A DNA stretch of 62,841 nt, taken from Nitrospirota bacterium. Lineage in GTDB: Bacteria > Nitrospirota > Thermodesulfovibrionia > Thermodesulfovibrionales > UBA9159. The translations under genes were made by a program, and so were the position numbers. The stretch spans positions 1 through 62,841 of the forward strand of contig JBBISG010000004.1 in assembly GCA_037441365.1 (NCBI GenBank), written 5' to 3'. Of this stretch, positions 20,188-28,939 are shown piece by piece. Numbering within the stretch: position 1 is the first letter of the stretch; each line of letters starts with the position of its first letter. Under the pieces are notes generated by a model. That model was given only the letters and a program-made list of their open reading frames with translations, was not told where the DNA came from and searched no databases.

Positions 20188-20535
20188 TCAACATGTGAGA
20201 TGAAGTGCAGCTACCGACTTTTTATCCTCATGCAGGCTGTTGAAGATTTCGATCGCCCTTTCTGTCCTCGCCACATGAACATCGATACCCCTTGCCCTGA
20301 TAAATTTAACTGTCTCCTCAGGCACATTCATCATTCCTGAATAACCTGTGCCTATTACAATGGCATCTGGCATCGCATCGATAATGTCGGTAAGGTCAGA
20401 CACATCGAGCGAGTGCCCCTCCTTCCTCCACCAGGAAGGGTCTACATGGTCAGGGTAGATAATCACATCAGAGGTGTAAGTTTTGCCATCGATGGTTATC
20501 CTTCCGAAGGAATAATGGCTGATTCTCATACCCAT
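20188..20535 (-). CDS. Mth938-like domain protein
   Basis: YSFGRITIDG, WWRKEGH, IGTG, AALHLTC. Confidence 0.88.
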   Translation of the reverse strand: MGMRISHYSFGRITIDGKTYTSDVIIYPDHVDPSWWRKEGHSLDVSDLTDIIDAMPDAIVIGTGYSGMMNVPEETVKFIRARGIDVHVARTERAIEIFNSLHEDKKSVAALHLTC

Positions 20536-20566
20536 CTCCGCTTTTTAGAGATACGATTCTTTGTAG

Positions 20567-20641
20567 CGTCCCCAGCGGGATTCGAACCCGCGTTACCGCC
20601 TTGAAAGGGCGATGTCCTGGGCCGGGCTAGACGATGGGGAC
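20567..20641 (-). tRNA. tRNA-Glu(TTC)
   Basis: Reverse complement GTCCCCATCGTCTAG...CTTTCAA...GTTCGAATC...TGGGGACG; CCA not encoded. Confidence 0.95.
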
Positions 20642-20647
20642 AACCTT

Positions 20648-20678
20648 CCCCAAAAAGTCTTTGACTTTTTGGGGACCC
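20648..20678. repeat. REP-like palindromic element copy between the tRNAs
   Basis: CCCCAAAAAGTC-TTT-GACTTTTTGGGG-ACCC. Confidence 0.85.
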
Positions 20679-20684
20679 TGGTTA

Positions 20685-20757
20685 TGAGCCGCGTTGGATT
20701 CGAACCAACGACCCACGCCTTAAAAGGGCGTTGCTCTACCAGCTGAGCTAGCGGCCC
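20685..20757 (-). tRNA. tRNA-Lys(TTT)
   Basis: Reverse complement GGGCCGCTAGCTCAGCTGGTAGAGC...CTTTTAA...GTTCGAATC...GCGGCTCA. Confidence 0.95.
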
Positions 20758-20851
20758 TGTGAATTATTAGAATACATGTAAAAACGAATTCTTGTCAATC
20801 CAATAAAGGCTCTGTTATGATTCTTATCGTTCTGTATATTGCATCCCTGAT

Positions 20852-21493
20852 GTGGAGGGCCGAATGTATATAAGGCTTAGTAGAGACAATACCGATAAGG
20901 CCATAAATGAGGCGATTGACGTCCTGAAGGGTGGAGGTTTAATCGCCTATCCAACAGAGACATTCTATGGCCTCGGTGTGAAATTCGATATGGGAGATTC
21001 CCAGAAAAGGCTCTATGAGTTGAAAAGGCGTCCAGAGGAAAAGGCGATGCCGCTTATAATCGGTGAAATAGGCCTGCTTTCATCCATAGTTTCACATGAA
21101 TGGCTCAGGGATATCCCCCTTTTAGCAAAAACGCTGATGGCCAGATTCTGGCCAGGCCCTCTAACATTGCTCCTTCCCGCAAGAGAGGGTCTGTCAGTGT
21201 ATCTCACATCCGGGACTGGGATGGTCGCAGTAAGGATTCCCGGGGAATCCTTTGCACTTCAGCTCGCAAGGAGGGCAAGTTTTCCGATCACCGCAACAAG
21301 CGCCAACCCATCAGGGATGCCTCCTGCAGATAGCGCAGAGATGGTTGTGAAATATTTCGGCGGCTCCATCGACCTCCTCATCGATGGGGGTCAAACACCA
21401 GGCGGTCTGCCTTCGACCATCGTTGATCTCTCGGAGGGCAGGATAAGGGTAGTCCGTGAAGGGGCTGTGAAGATTTTTAGTGCCATAACATAG
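20852..21493 (+). CDS. tsaC: L-threonylcarbamoyladenylate synthase (YrdC/Sua5)
   Basis: YPTETFYGL, KRRP, FWPGPLT, TSANPSG. Confidence 0.93.
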   Translation: MEGRMYIRLSRDNTDKAINEAIDVLKGGGLIAYPTETFYGLGVKFDMGDSQKRLYELKRRPEEKAMPLIIGEIGLLSSIVSHEWLRDIPLLAKTLMARFWPGPLTLLLPAREGLSVYLTSGTGMVAVRIPGESFALQLARRASFPITATSANPSGMPPADSAEMVVKYFGGSIDLLIDGGQTPGGLPSTIVDLSEGRIRVVREGAVKIFSAIT

Positions 21494-21579
21494 ACAGAGA
21501 GGGCTATAACCTGGTATTGTAATTTGCGGACACCGGGACTGCAGTGTGGGGTACAGGGAGAGGGAGGTATGAGGAATAA

Positions 21580-21633
21580 AAATATTTCTGAAATATTTCT
21601 TCTCTTTAATTTTCTGTTAATCCCAATTACACT
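21580..21633 (+). promoter_or_regulatory. palindromic operator 1 + sigma70 promoter of the CARF-wHTH gene
   Basis: AAATATTTC-T-GAAATATTT (21580-21598), 6 bp gap, TTTAAT-17-TACACT (21605-21633), ATG at 21640. Confidence 0.65.
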
Positions 21634-21639
21634 TAAGCA

Positions 21640-22842
21640 ATGAAAAAGTTTAAAGAAATACTTATCTTTGTTGCAGGCGCAACCCCGCAGATAATCACAG
21701 AGACCATTTATGCCCTTTCACAACAGGAGCCGCCTGTCTTTCCTGACGAGGTCTATATAATCACGACATCCATCGGCAGGAAAAGAATTGAAGACACCCT
21801 GATAGAAAAGGGTATCCTCAAGGAGCTTACAGCCGAATATGACCTACCACAGATAGAACTGTCGGAGAATTCTTTCATCACTGTCAAAGACGCAGAGGGC
21901 AATGAAATTGACGACATAAGAGAAGGGTCAGACACTGAGGCAATAGGCGATCTGATAACATCCTTTATCAGAGACAAGACAAAGGACTCCACGGCACGCC
22001 TTCATTGCTCCCTCGCAGGCGGCAGAAAGACCATGAGCTTTTATATGGGTTCTGCCCTACAACTCTTTGGAAGGCCCTGGGATAAGCTCTACCATGTCCT
22101 TGTAACGCCTGAATTTGAATCAAACCCTGGGTTTTTCTATAAGCCTAAAAAGGATAGGATGTTAACTCCCCCTATCCCCCTCATTAATAAAGAGGGTCGA
22201 GGGGAAATTAGCGGGAAAAGTGGTAAGGGGGAACATGGAGGTTTAAAGCCGCTCAACACAAAAGATGCAGAAATATATCTCGCAGAGTTGCCATTCATAA
22301 GGTTAAGCCAGAAACTGTCCCTCCATGGGAAGGGTTTCAAGGAATTAGTTGCCGAGGGGCAGAGGGAAATAGATACTGCAACAATGCAGCCACTTTTGAC
22401 TGTTAAACTAAGAGAAGGGACTGTCTATATCGGAGACATCCCCATTGATATGGTGCCAATTCAACTAATGGTTTACACAGCTTATCTGAGACAGAAGTTA
22501 GACCACTGCAAATATCCTGAGAATGTCTACTGTCTTAATTGTGTAGACTGCTTTCTTCCTATAGTAGACCTTTCGAGTAGACCAGCCCTTGAAAAGATGT
22601 CAAAAGACTACAGAACAATATACAGCATCCAACCTTCCCGTGCAGACGATCTACTCGACAAATGCAAAGAAGGACTCCGTATGGAGATTATAAGATCGAA
22701 CATAAGCAAGATCAACAGGGCGATAAAAGAGCAGTTAATGGATGACACCTTACTTCCATATTACACAATCACGACTGTGAAACAATACGCCAGTAGCAGA
22801 TACGGCGTGAGGGTGGAGAAGGGGAAGGTCCGAATTATCTGA
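21640..22842 (+). CDS. NE0113-family CARF protein (often annotated 'ring nuclease Csm6') with C-terminal winged-helix domain
   Basis: GATPQIITETIYAL, IITT, CSLAGGRKTMSFY, LYHVLV are NE0113 motifs; C-terminal IRSNISKINRAIK...ITTV..Y.SSRYGV is wHTH-like; no HEPN RxxxxH. Confidence 0.85.
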   Translation: MKKFKEILIFVAGATPQIITETIYALSQQEPPVFPDEVYIITTSIGRKRIEDTLIEKGILKELTAEYDLPQIELSENSFITVKDAEGNEIDDIREGSDTEAIGDLITSFIRDKTKDSTARLHCSLAGGRKTMSFYMGSALQLFGRPWDKLYHVLVTPEFESNPGFFYKPKKDRMLTPPIPLINKEGRGEISGKSGKGEHGGLKPLNTKDAEIYLAELPFIRLSQKLSLHGKGFKELVAEGQREIDTATMQPLLTVKLREGTVYIGDIPIDMVPIQLMVYTAYLRQKLDHCKYPENVYCLNCVDCFLPIVDLSSRPALEKMSKDYRTIYSIQPSRADDLLDKCKEGLRMEIIRSNISKINRAIKEQLMDDTLLPYYTITTVKQYASSRYGVRVEKGKVRII

Positions 22843-22903
22843 ACGTGGGGCCAAAATTTAAGATTTTTGATGTATGATGTAAAATGTAAAAAAAGGGGGC
22901 TGT

Positions 22904-23152
22904 ATGGAAGGAGCTAAGCATAGAACTCAGATATCTCTTGACGGTTGGCAGTATCAGATGCTTCTCGGAATATCAAGGAAGGAAAAAAAGAGCATATCGG
23001 CGATTATCAGGGAATTGCTGTCTGAGAAGCTCCTATGCCAGGCGTCTGACAAGGAGAAAGACCCCATATCAGAGTTGATCGGCATAGGTAGGGGTGATGG
23101 TTCTCCTGTGGCGAGAGAGCATGACAAATACCTATATGGCAGGACAAGATGA
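22904..23152 (+). CDS. RHH/CopG-type antitoxin
   Basis: RTQISL beta strand + SISAIIRE helix, C-terminal EHDKYLYG typical of VapB-like partners. Confidence 0.75.
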   Translation: MEGAKHRTQISLDGWQYQMLLGISRKEKKSISAIIRELLSEKLLCQASDKEKDPISELIGIGRGDGSPVAREHDKYLYGRTR

Positions 23153-23555
23153 AGCGGATATTTGTTGACACAGGTGAGTGGTATGCCTGATTGACGAAAA
23201 AGACCCTGATCACAGGAGTGCCAGAGAATTTTACAAAAACAACTCAATCCCGCTCCTGACAACAAATTTTATATTTGACGAAACGGTAACGCTTCTCGTG
23301 AGCCGATTGGGCTGGAAAGTGGCGTGCGAATTCGGAGAAAAACTGAAAAAGAGCAGATTTGCGAGCCTTGTGCAAATCACAGATGCCGATGAGGAAAGGG
23401 CATGGAAGATCCTCCTGACGCACAGAGATGCTGGATTCGGTTACACAGACTGCACCAGTTTCGCCTTAATGGAAAGGTTGAAGATAGATACGGCTTTCAC
23501 ATACGACAACCACTTTAAAGCCATGAGGTTTAGAACCGTGCAAGATTTCGGCTGA
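23149..23555 (+). pseudogene. vapC: VapC/PIN toxin, frameshifted
   Basis: ATG 23149 gives MKRIFVDTGEWYA then TGA at 23188; the PIN body (DPDH, DETVT, DCTSF, FTYDNHF) continues in another frame. Confidence 0.8.
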
Positions 23556-23609
23556 AAACATTTCAGAAATGTTTCTTTTGTTGAAAAAACTTTCAAATTT
23601 TGGAATAAT
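23556..23609 (+). promoter_or_regulatory. palindromic operator 2 + sigma70 promoter of the NTase-cas10 operon
   Basis: AAACATTTC-A-GAAATGTTT (23556-23574), 6 bp gap, TTGAAA-17-AATAAT (23581-23609). Confidence 0.7.
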
Positions 23610-23632
23610 GCTTTTATAAAAAAGGGGCTTGT

Positions 23633-24127
23633 ATGGATATTTTTAAAAGACTATTTGATTCTCTGGATAAAGGATCTGTTAAGTACCTTGTTGGAGGCGG
23701 AATTGCCGTTAATCTTTATGGCATTGAAAGAGCTACTGCTGATATAGACATTATTCTAAAGCTTGATAAAGAAAACCTTTTAAGGTTTATAGATGTTGCT
23801 AAAGAGCTCGGGCTGAAACCAAAAATCCCTGTCAAGGTTGAAGATCTTATGGATGAAGAGAAAAGGAAAGATTGGATTGTAAACAAGGGGATGACAGTCT
23901 TCAGTCTTTATGACCCAAAGAAACCATTTTTTCTTCTTGATATTTTTGTTGATGTGCCTTTTAATTTTGACGAGGTTTACAAAAAAAGAAAAAAGATAAA
24001 ATTTATGGATACGATCATCCATGTTGTTCCCATAGATGACTTAATAAAGATGAAAGAGAAATCAGACAGAGCGCAGGATAGGGCAGACATCTTTTACCTC
24101 AGAAAAATCCTGAAGGAGTGGAGGTAG
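23633..24127 (+). CDS. nucleotidyltransferase-fold protein (DUF6036/AbiEii-like)
   Basis: GGGIAV..YG..RATADIDI motif; C-terminal K...R.QD..D. Confidence 0.78.
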   Translation: MDIFKRLFDSLDKGSVKYLVGGGIAVNLYGIERATADIDIILKLDKENLLRFIDVAKELGLKPKIPVKVEDLMDEEKRKDWIVNKGMTVFSLYDPKKPFFLLDIFVDVPFNFDEVYKKRKKIKFMDTIIHVVPIDDLIKMKEKSDRAQDRADIFYLRKILKEWR

Positions 24128-24164
24128 GGCGCCCCAAAAAGTCAGAGACTTTTTGGGGACCCCC
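24127..24164 (+). repeat. REP-like palindromic element copy
   Basis: GGGCGCCCCAAAAAGTCAGAGACTTTTTGGGGACCCCC. Confidence 0.9.
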
Positions 24165-24167
24165 GTG

Positions 24168-24353
24168 ATGAAGAATAAAACTCTTAAAGAACCGCTTTTA
24201 TATTATAAGACAAAAGAAGGTATAGAGGCCTACAGGAAAAAGCCTGTAAGATTAAAGCTCCAGTGGCTTCAGGCACAGATGGAGTTCTTTCATAAGGCTA
24301 TGCCTGCGAAGGCAAAAAGGATAAGGGAAATGCTGGAAAAGGGGGAGCTATAA
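24168..24353 (+). CDS. small basic hypothetical protein, partner of the upstream NTase
   Basis: 61 aa from ATG 24168, ending 3 bp before cas10; its end supplies the cas10 RBS. Confidence 0.6.
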   Translation: MKNKTLKEPLLYYKTKEGIEAYRKKPVRLKLQWLQAQMEFFHKAMPAKAKRIREMLEKGEL

Positions 24354-24356
24354 CAG

Positions 24357-26789
24357 ATGGGCGGTTTTAATCAAAAAGAATACCAGACTGTAGTCCTTGC
24401 AGCCCTGCTGCATGATGCGGGGAAAATGCTTCAGAGAGGCAGTTTTGGCAACCTTGACACCGGCGGCAAACATCCTAAAGTCTCGTCGGTCTTTGTCGGG
24501 GCATTTAAAAAATTCTTCTCTGAATTTGTAGACTTTGAGCTTTTTCAGACCCTTGTGCAGCGTCATCACGAAGATCAGCGTAATTTTGATGAAGATTTGC
24601 TGTGCCAAAAAGCTCCTGAACAATATAGACCTCTTTCTTTTCTTGTTAGTCGCGCTGATAATTACTCATCATCTGAAAGAGGCAAAAAGGCCAATGCTTA
24701 TCAGGACTTCAAGAGGACTCCTCTGGTATCGGTATTAAGCCGCATAGAGTTGAACAAAGAACTTCCTGAACCTCAAAAATACAGACTTGCGCCATTGTCT
24801 CCCGAGAATGCTTTTCCGCAAAAATTTAAAGAATATGAGGCGGATGAATTTAATAAGCATTTGAAGTCCTTTGGCGAAGAGTTCAATGATCTGGTTAAAA
24901 ATCTCAAAAATACCGGTTTTGACACAATGTTTTCGCATATCGTGAGCCTTTTGATGAGGTATGCGTGGTGTATTCCCGCAAACACACAGGAAGATATTCC
25001 GGATGTCTCGCTTTTTGACCATTTGAAGACAACCGCAGCTATAGCCGCATGTCTTTATCAATATCATTCCCCTGAATTCGATTTGCAAGAAATAAAAAAC
25101 GATGCAACTGAAAAGTTTATCCTTCTATCTGGAGACCTCTCTGGCATTCAAAACTATATTTTCAACATTACGCATATTGGCGCAGGCGGCGTCGCAAAGA
25201 GGCTCCGCTCCCGTTCATTTCAGCTTGCCATGATTGCCGAGATCATCAGCCACAGAATTCTACATGAATTTAATCTGCCTATATGTAATATTCTGATGGT
25301 TTCCGGCGGCAAGTTTTATATCCTTCTGCCGAACAGAGATGATGCTCAAAATAAGCTAAGTGAATTACAGTGCGAGATTGACCAATGGTTCTATAAACAG
25401 TTCAATGCAGAAATAAATCTGAATATGGCCTATATTGTAGCATCAGGCAGGGATTTTAGTGGAAGCGATGAAACCTCCAAAGGATTTGAAGGGATTTTGA
25501 ATGAATTGAATTCAAAATTGCAGGTTGTAAAAAAGATGCCTCTTAAAAGTATTCTTGCCGATGGCGCGTGGTCTGCCGATATGATGGTTTTGGATGTTAA
25601 TTATGAAGCGGAAGAGAAACTCTGCAAGGCGTGCAAAAAATTTCCCGGCGAATTCGATGATAAATCGCATACGCATCTTTGCGACAGGTGCTCTGACGAT
25701 GAGAAGATTGGAAGACTACTGCCGGGCGCCGGGCATATAAGCTTTTATAAAGACAGCAGCGGCGAGTTTAAAGGCCCCTGCGGATATTCGTTCGATTTAA
25801 AGGGAAACCCGTCTTCAAATGCGTATCTGGTTATGTCACTCTGTAAATATACGCCAGATTACCGTCATCCTTATAGCTTCAGATATGTGGCTAACCATAT
25901 ACCGTTATTCAAGGACAAGACCGATTGTGATGTCTGCCGAAAAAATGACAATTGCACAAACACGGCTGATGTCCAGAAAGGCATGCCGAAATTTTTTGAC
26001 TGCATTGCGCAGTCTGCCGAAGGCCGTGCTTTGCTTGGCTATCTCAAAGCCGATGCTGATAATCTTGGACAGATTTTTACAAGAGGGTTTAGAGGAAACA
26101 AGACAGTTTCAAGAATTGCGACATTAAGCCGTATGCTGGATGTCTTTTTCAGCGGACATATGCAAAGACTTATAGAAGGCAAATATAAAGAACTTTATAC
26201 AGTCTATTCAGGCGGTGATGATGTTCTCGTCATCGGACCATGGAACAAGATCATAGACTTTGCAGAGGAGCTTAACAGAGAATTTGAGCGATTTTGCTCG
26301 GGCAATAAAAACCTTACCATATCGGCAGGCATTGGATTGGTTAAGCATAACTATCCTGTATTCAGGGCGGTTGAGATGGCTGACAATGCCCTTGATGAGG
26401 CAAAAGATTCGGGCAGAGACAGAGTAACGATATTCGGACACGTGATAACATGGAATGAACTTCCAGATATACTGGTAGAATCAATAAAGCTAAAACAATG
26501 GCTCGCTGATAAGAATGTTTCAACAGGCTTTGCGCGCAATCTGCTTTATTACGCTCAGATGTATCAAAAATACGATAAGGAAAAAAAGAACGATTACCTG
26601 AGATTTCTGCCGCTTATGACCTATGATATAGCGAGAAACCTGCCGCTTCCCGATGATAGAGATGCTGAAAAAAGGGCGGTCAGGCAATGGGCCGAGGGAC
26701 TGAAAGATTTGACAAACCCAAAACTGCATCAGCTTGACATAATAGCAAACTATGCGTTAACAGCAAATAGAGGAGGAAAGAATGAATGA
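24357..26789 (+). CDS. cas10: type III-A Cas10/Csm1
   Basis: N-terminal HD (LLHDAGK), DVSLFDH, GDLSGIQNYIF, LRSRSF, Zn finger, KADADNLG, YSGGDD cyclase motif. Confidence 0.97.
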   Translation: MGGFNQKEYQTVVLAALLHDAGKMLQRGSFGNLDTGGKHPKVSSVFVGAFKKFFSEFVDFELFQTLVQRHHEDQRNFDEDLLCQKAPEQYRPLSFLVSRADNYSSSERGKKANAYQDFKRTPLVSVLSRIELNKELPEPQKYRLAPLSPENAFPQKFKEYEADEFNKHLKSFGEEFNDLVKNLKNTGFDTMFSHIVSLLMRYAWCIPANTQEDIPDVSLFDHLKTTAAIAACLYQYHSPEFDLQEIKNDATEKFILLSGDLSGIQNYIFNITHIGAGGVAKRLRSRSFQLAMIAEIISHRILHEFNLPICNILMVSGGKFYILLPNRDDAQNKLSELQCEIDQWFYKQFNAEINLNMAYIVASGRDFSGSDETSKGFEGILNELNSKLQVVKKMPLKSILADGAWSADMMVLDVNYEAEEKLCKACKKFPGEFDDKSHTHLCDRCSDDEKIGRLLPGAGHISFYKDSSGEFKGPCGYSFDLKGNPSSNAYLVMSLCKYTPDYRHPYSFRYVANHIPLFKDKTDCDVCRKNDNCTNTADVQKGMPKFFDCIAQSAEGRALLGYLKADADNLGQIFTRGFRGNKTVSRIATLSRMLDVFFSGHMQRLIEGKYKELYTVYSGGDDVLVIGPWNKIIDFAEELNREFERFCSGNKNLTISAGIGLVKHNYPVFRAVEMADNALDEAKDSGRDRVTIFGHVITWNELPDILVESIKLKQWLADKNVSTGFARNLLYYAQMYQKYDKEKKNDYLRFLPLMTYDIARNLPLPDDRDAEKRAVRQWAEGLKDLTNPKLHQLDIIANYALTANRGGKNE

Positions 26790-27342
26790 CTGGAAAGATA
26801 AACTTAGCGAATTGCATAAAGGGGGTGGAGGCATGAAAAGAAAATGCACGGAGTGCGGCAAGGAATTTGTGCCTAAAGAGGAGCATCATAAAACATGTTT
26901 TGACTGCGCCAAAAAGAAGAAGGGAGGCGGCATTTTGAATGAAGGACTTCCCCCTCAATATTTAGAAAAACTTGCAAAGGGTTACTTTGATAATAATAAT
27001 TGCCTCAGAGAAGAGTTTTTAACCGAGATGGCATCGGATGTCGCAAAATCATTCGGGACGAAATTGAAAAACCACCAGCTGAGACGGTTTTATGGACATA
27101 TCAAAGCTGCAGATAATCGCCTAAAGATGACCGGGGACTGGCCATGTGTAAACCTTGATGTAAAGAAATTAAGCTCGCTTGTCGCTGAGGCGAAGGGCAA
27201 AGATAAAGTTCCGGACAGTTTTTATAAATTTATAGATGCCAATATTAAGAAGATTCACAATCAGAAAGATTTTGAGGCATTTGTAGAGCATTTTCAGGCT
27301 ATCGTTGCGTATTTTACATACCATTATCCTAAAAATAACTGA
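26782..27342 (+). CDS. csm2: type III-A Csm2 with N-terminal zinc ribbon
   Basis: QLRRFY and F..FVEHFQAIVAY; N-terminal CTEC...CFDC. Confidence 0.88.
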   Translation: MNDWKDKLSELHKGGGGMKRKCTECGKEFVPKEEHHKTCFDCAKKKKGGGILNEGLPPQYLEKLAKGYFDNNNCLREEFLTEMASDVAKSFGTKLKNHQLRRFYGHIKAADNRLKMTGDWPCVNLDVKKLSSLVAEAKGKDKVPDSFYKFIDANIKKIHNQKDFEAFVEHFQAIVAYFTYHYPKNN

Positions 27343-27350
27343 AGGAGGGA

Positions 27351-28013
27351 TTGAATATGAAACTCAATGGTTACAAGGTCATAAGTGGAACATTAAAGTG
27401 TGAGACAGGCCTTCATATCGGAGGGTCAGCAGACCAGATTGAAATCGGCGGGGTTGATTTGCCGATTATAAAGCATCCTGTTACTGGAGAACCATATATC
27501 CCCGGCTCATCTTTAAAAGGCAAGATGAGGTCTCAAATGGAGAAGAAGCTTGGAAAGTTTTCTCCGGATGGAAAACCCTGTGGTTGCGGACAACAGGACT
27601 GTTTAGTATGCAGGGTTTTCGGACCCCATATGAATCCAAAACATAATCTCGGCTCTACCCGCATACTTGTGAGAGATGCTTATTTCAATAAAACAACAAA
27701 AGAAGAATATGAAAAACTGGCAAAAGAAAAAGGGCTTTCATACATTGAAAAGAAGACAGAAAACCTTGTGCTTAGAACGACCGGTACAGCTAAAGACCCC
27801 CGCTCTCAGGAGCGTGTGCCTGCAGGAGCAGAATTTGATGTAGAAATTGTCCTGCAAGTTTATGATTCTGACAACGAAAATGCTTTGATAGATTTTGTGA
27901 AGGAAGGGCTAAGGCAGGTGCAAAGCACTTATCTTGGGGGCTTTGGCAGCAGGGGGTCGGGCAAGGTCAGTTTTTATGATATGAAGATTGACGGGACTCC
28001 GTTTTCATTATAG
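27351..28013 (+). CDS. csm3: type III-A Csm3 (Cas7)
   Basis: TGLHIGG, IGGVD catalytic Asp, PYIPGSSLKGKMRS, ERVPAG, LGGFGSRGSG. Confidence 0.95.
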   Translation: MNMKLNGYKVISGTLKCETGLHIGGSADQIEIGGVDLPIIKHPVTGEPYIPGSSLKGKMRSQMEKKLGKFSPDGKPCGCGQQDCLVCRVFGPHMNPKHNLGSTRILVRDAYFNKTTKEEYEKLAKEKGLSYIEKKTENLVLRTTGTAKDPRSQERVPAGAEFDVEIVLQVYDSDNENALIDFVKEGLRQVQSTYLGGFGSRGSGKVSFYDMKIDGTPFSL

Positions 28014-28021
28014 ATGCCGTT

Positions 28022-28939
28022 ATGAAAACCTATCGTCTGAAACTGAAACCTCAAAGCAGCTTTCTTACGCCGTGGCAGGCTGATACCATATTCGGCAGCC
28101 TGTGCTGGATAATAGCATGGCGTAAAGGAGCAGATGCGCTCGCTCAATTTCTAAACGAATATAAGAGCGGCAATCCCACTTTTATTCTATCGGACGGAAT
28201 GCCCGGGGATTTGCTTCCTGCACCTGTTCATCTTCCTTTGATTGTAAAGACAGATGATTATCAAAAGGTAAAAAGCCTGAAAAAGACCGCATGGTTAAAA
28301 CCCGATGAGTTTGAATTGCTCAGGAAAGGGCAGTTTGATTTGCAACATCATGAAACCATCAAGCCATTTAAACCTTTCACAACCCTGCATAGTTCCATAA
28401 ACAGACTGACAGGCACAACAGGAGATGAGGGTTCGTTGTTTGAACTTGAGGAGTATGCTCTTGATAAGAATGACACAAAAGCCGATTATCTTTCTGTTTA
28501 TCTGAAAATCAGGACTGGACATGAAGACGCTATTATGTCTTTATTCAAAGACCTTTCTTTGTCCGGCTACGGCGCTAAAAAGTCTGCTGGAAAGGGAAAC
28601 TTTGAGATTATAGGCGGACTGGAAGAGTTTAAAGGTTTTGATGTCTTTAACGAAGCGAATGCTTTTATTGCGCTCTCCAACTTCGTGCCTGCGCCGAAGG
28701 ATCCCACAGACGGCTATTATAAGACAATAGTTAAGTACGGAAAATTAGGCGGAGAATATACTTTTAGCGGCAATCCTTTTAAAAAGCCTCTTATGATGTT
28801 GACTACAGGTTCGGCATTTCGGACAAAAGAGAGCCCTAAACCATATTACGGCCGTATGGTTGCTGATATTGCTCCGGCAATGTCCGAAGTTGTTCATTAT
28901 GGATATGCCTTTGCCGTGCCAACAACGATTAATATATGA
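28022..28939 (+). CDS. csm4: type III-A Csm4 (Cas5)
   Basis: ADTIFGSLC, ILSDGMP, GYGAKKSAGKG, HYGYAF. Confidence 0.92.
   Translation: MKTYRLKLKPQSSFLTPWQADTIFGSLCWIIAWRKGADALAQFLNEYKSGNPTFILSDGMPGDLLPAPVHLPLIVKTDDYQKVKSLKKTAWLKPDEFELLRKGQFDLQHHETIKPFKPFTTLHSSINRLTGTTGDEGSLFELEEYALDKNDTKADYLSVYLKIRTGHEDAIMSLFKDLSLSGYGAKKSAGKGNFEIIGGLEEFKGFDVFNEANAFIALSNFVPAPKDPTDGYYKTIVKYGKLGGEYTFSGNPFKKPLMMLTTGSAFRTKESPKPYYGRMVADIAPAMSEVVHYGYAFAVPTTINI

Noticed and set aside
20567..21493. tRNA genes as the integration site of the CRISPR island
   Set aside because: No integrase and no duplicated tRNA 3' end were seen, and tsaC lies between the tRNAs and the island.
21569..21643. 24-aa ORF spanning operator 1 and overlapping the CARF start
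   Set aside because: It runs through AT-rich promoter sequence with no recognisable features. It may be chance or an island-boundary remnant; not supportable as a gene.
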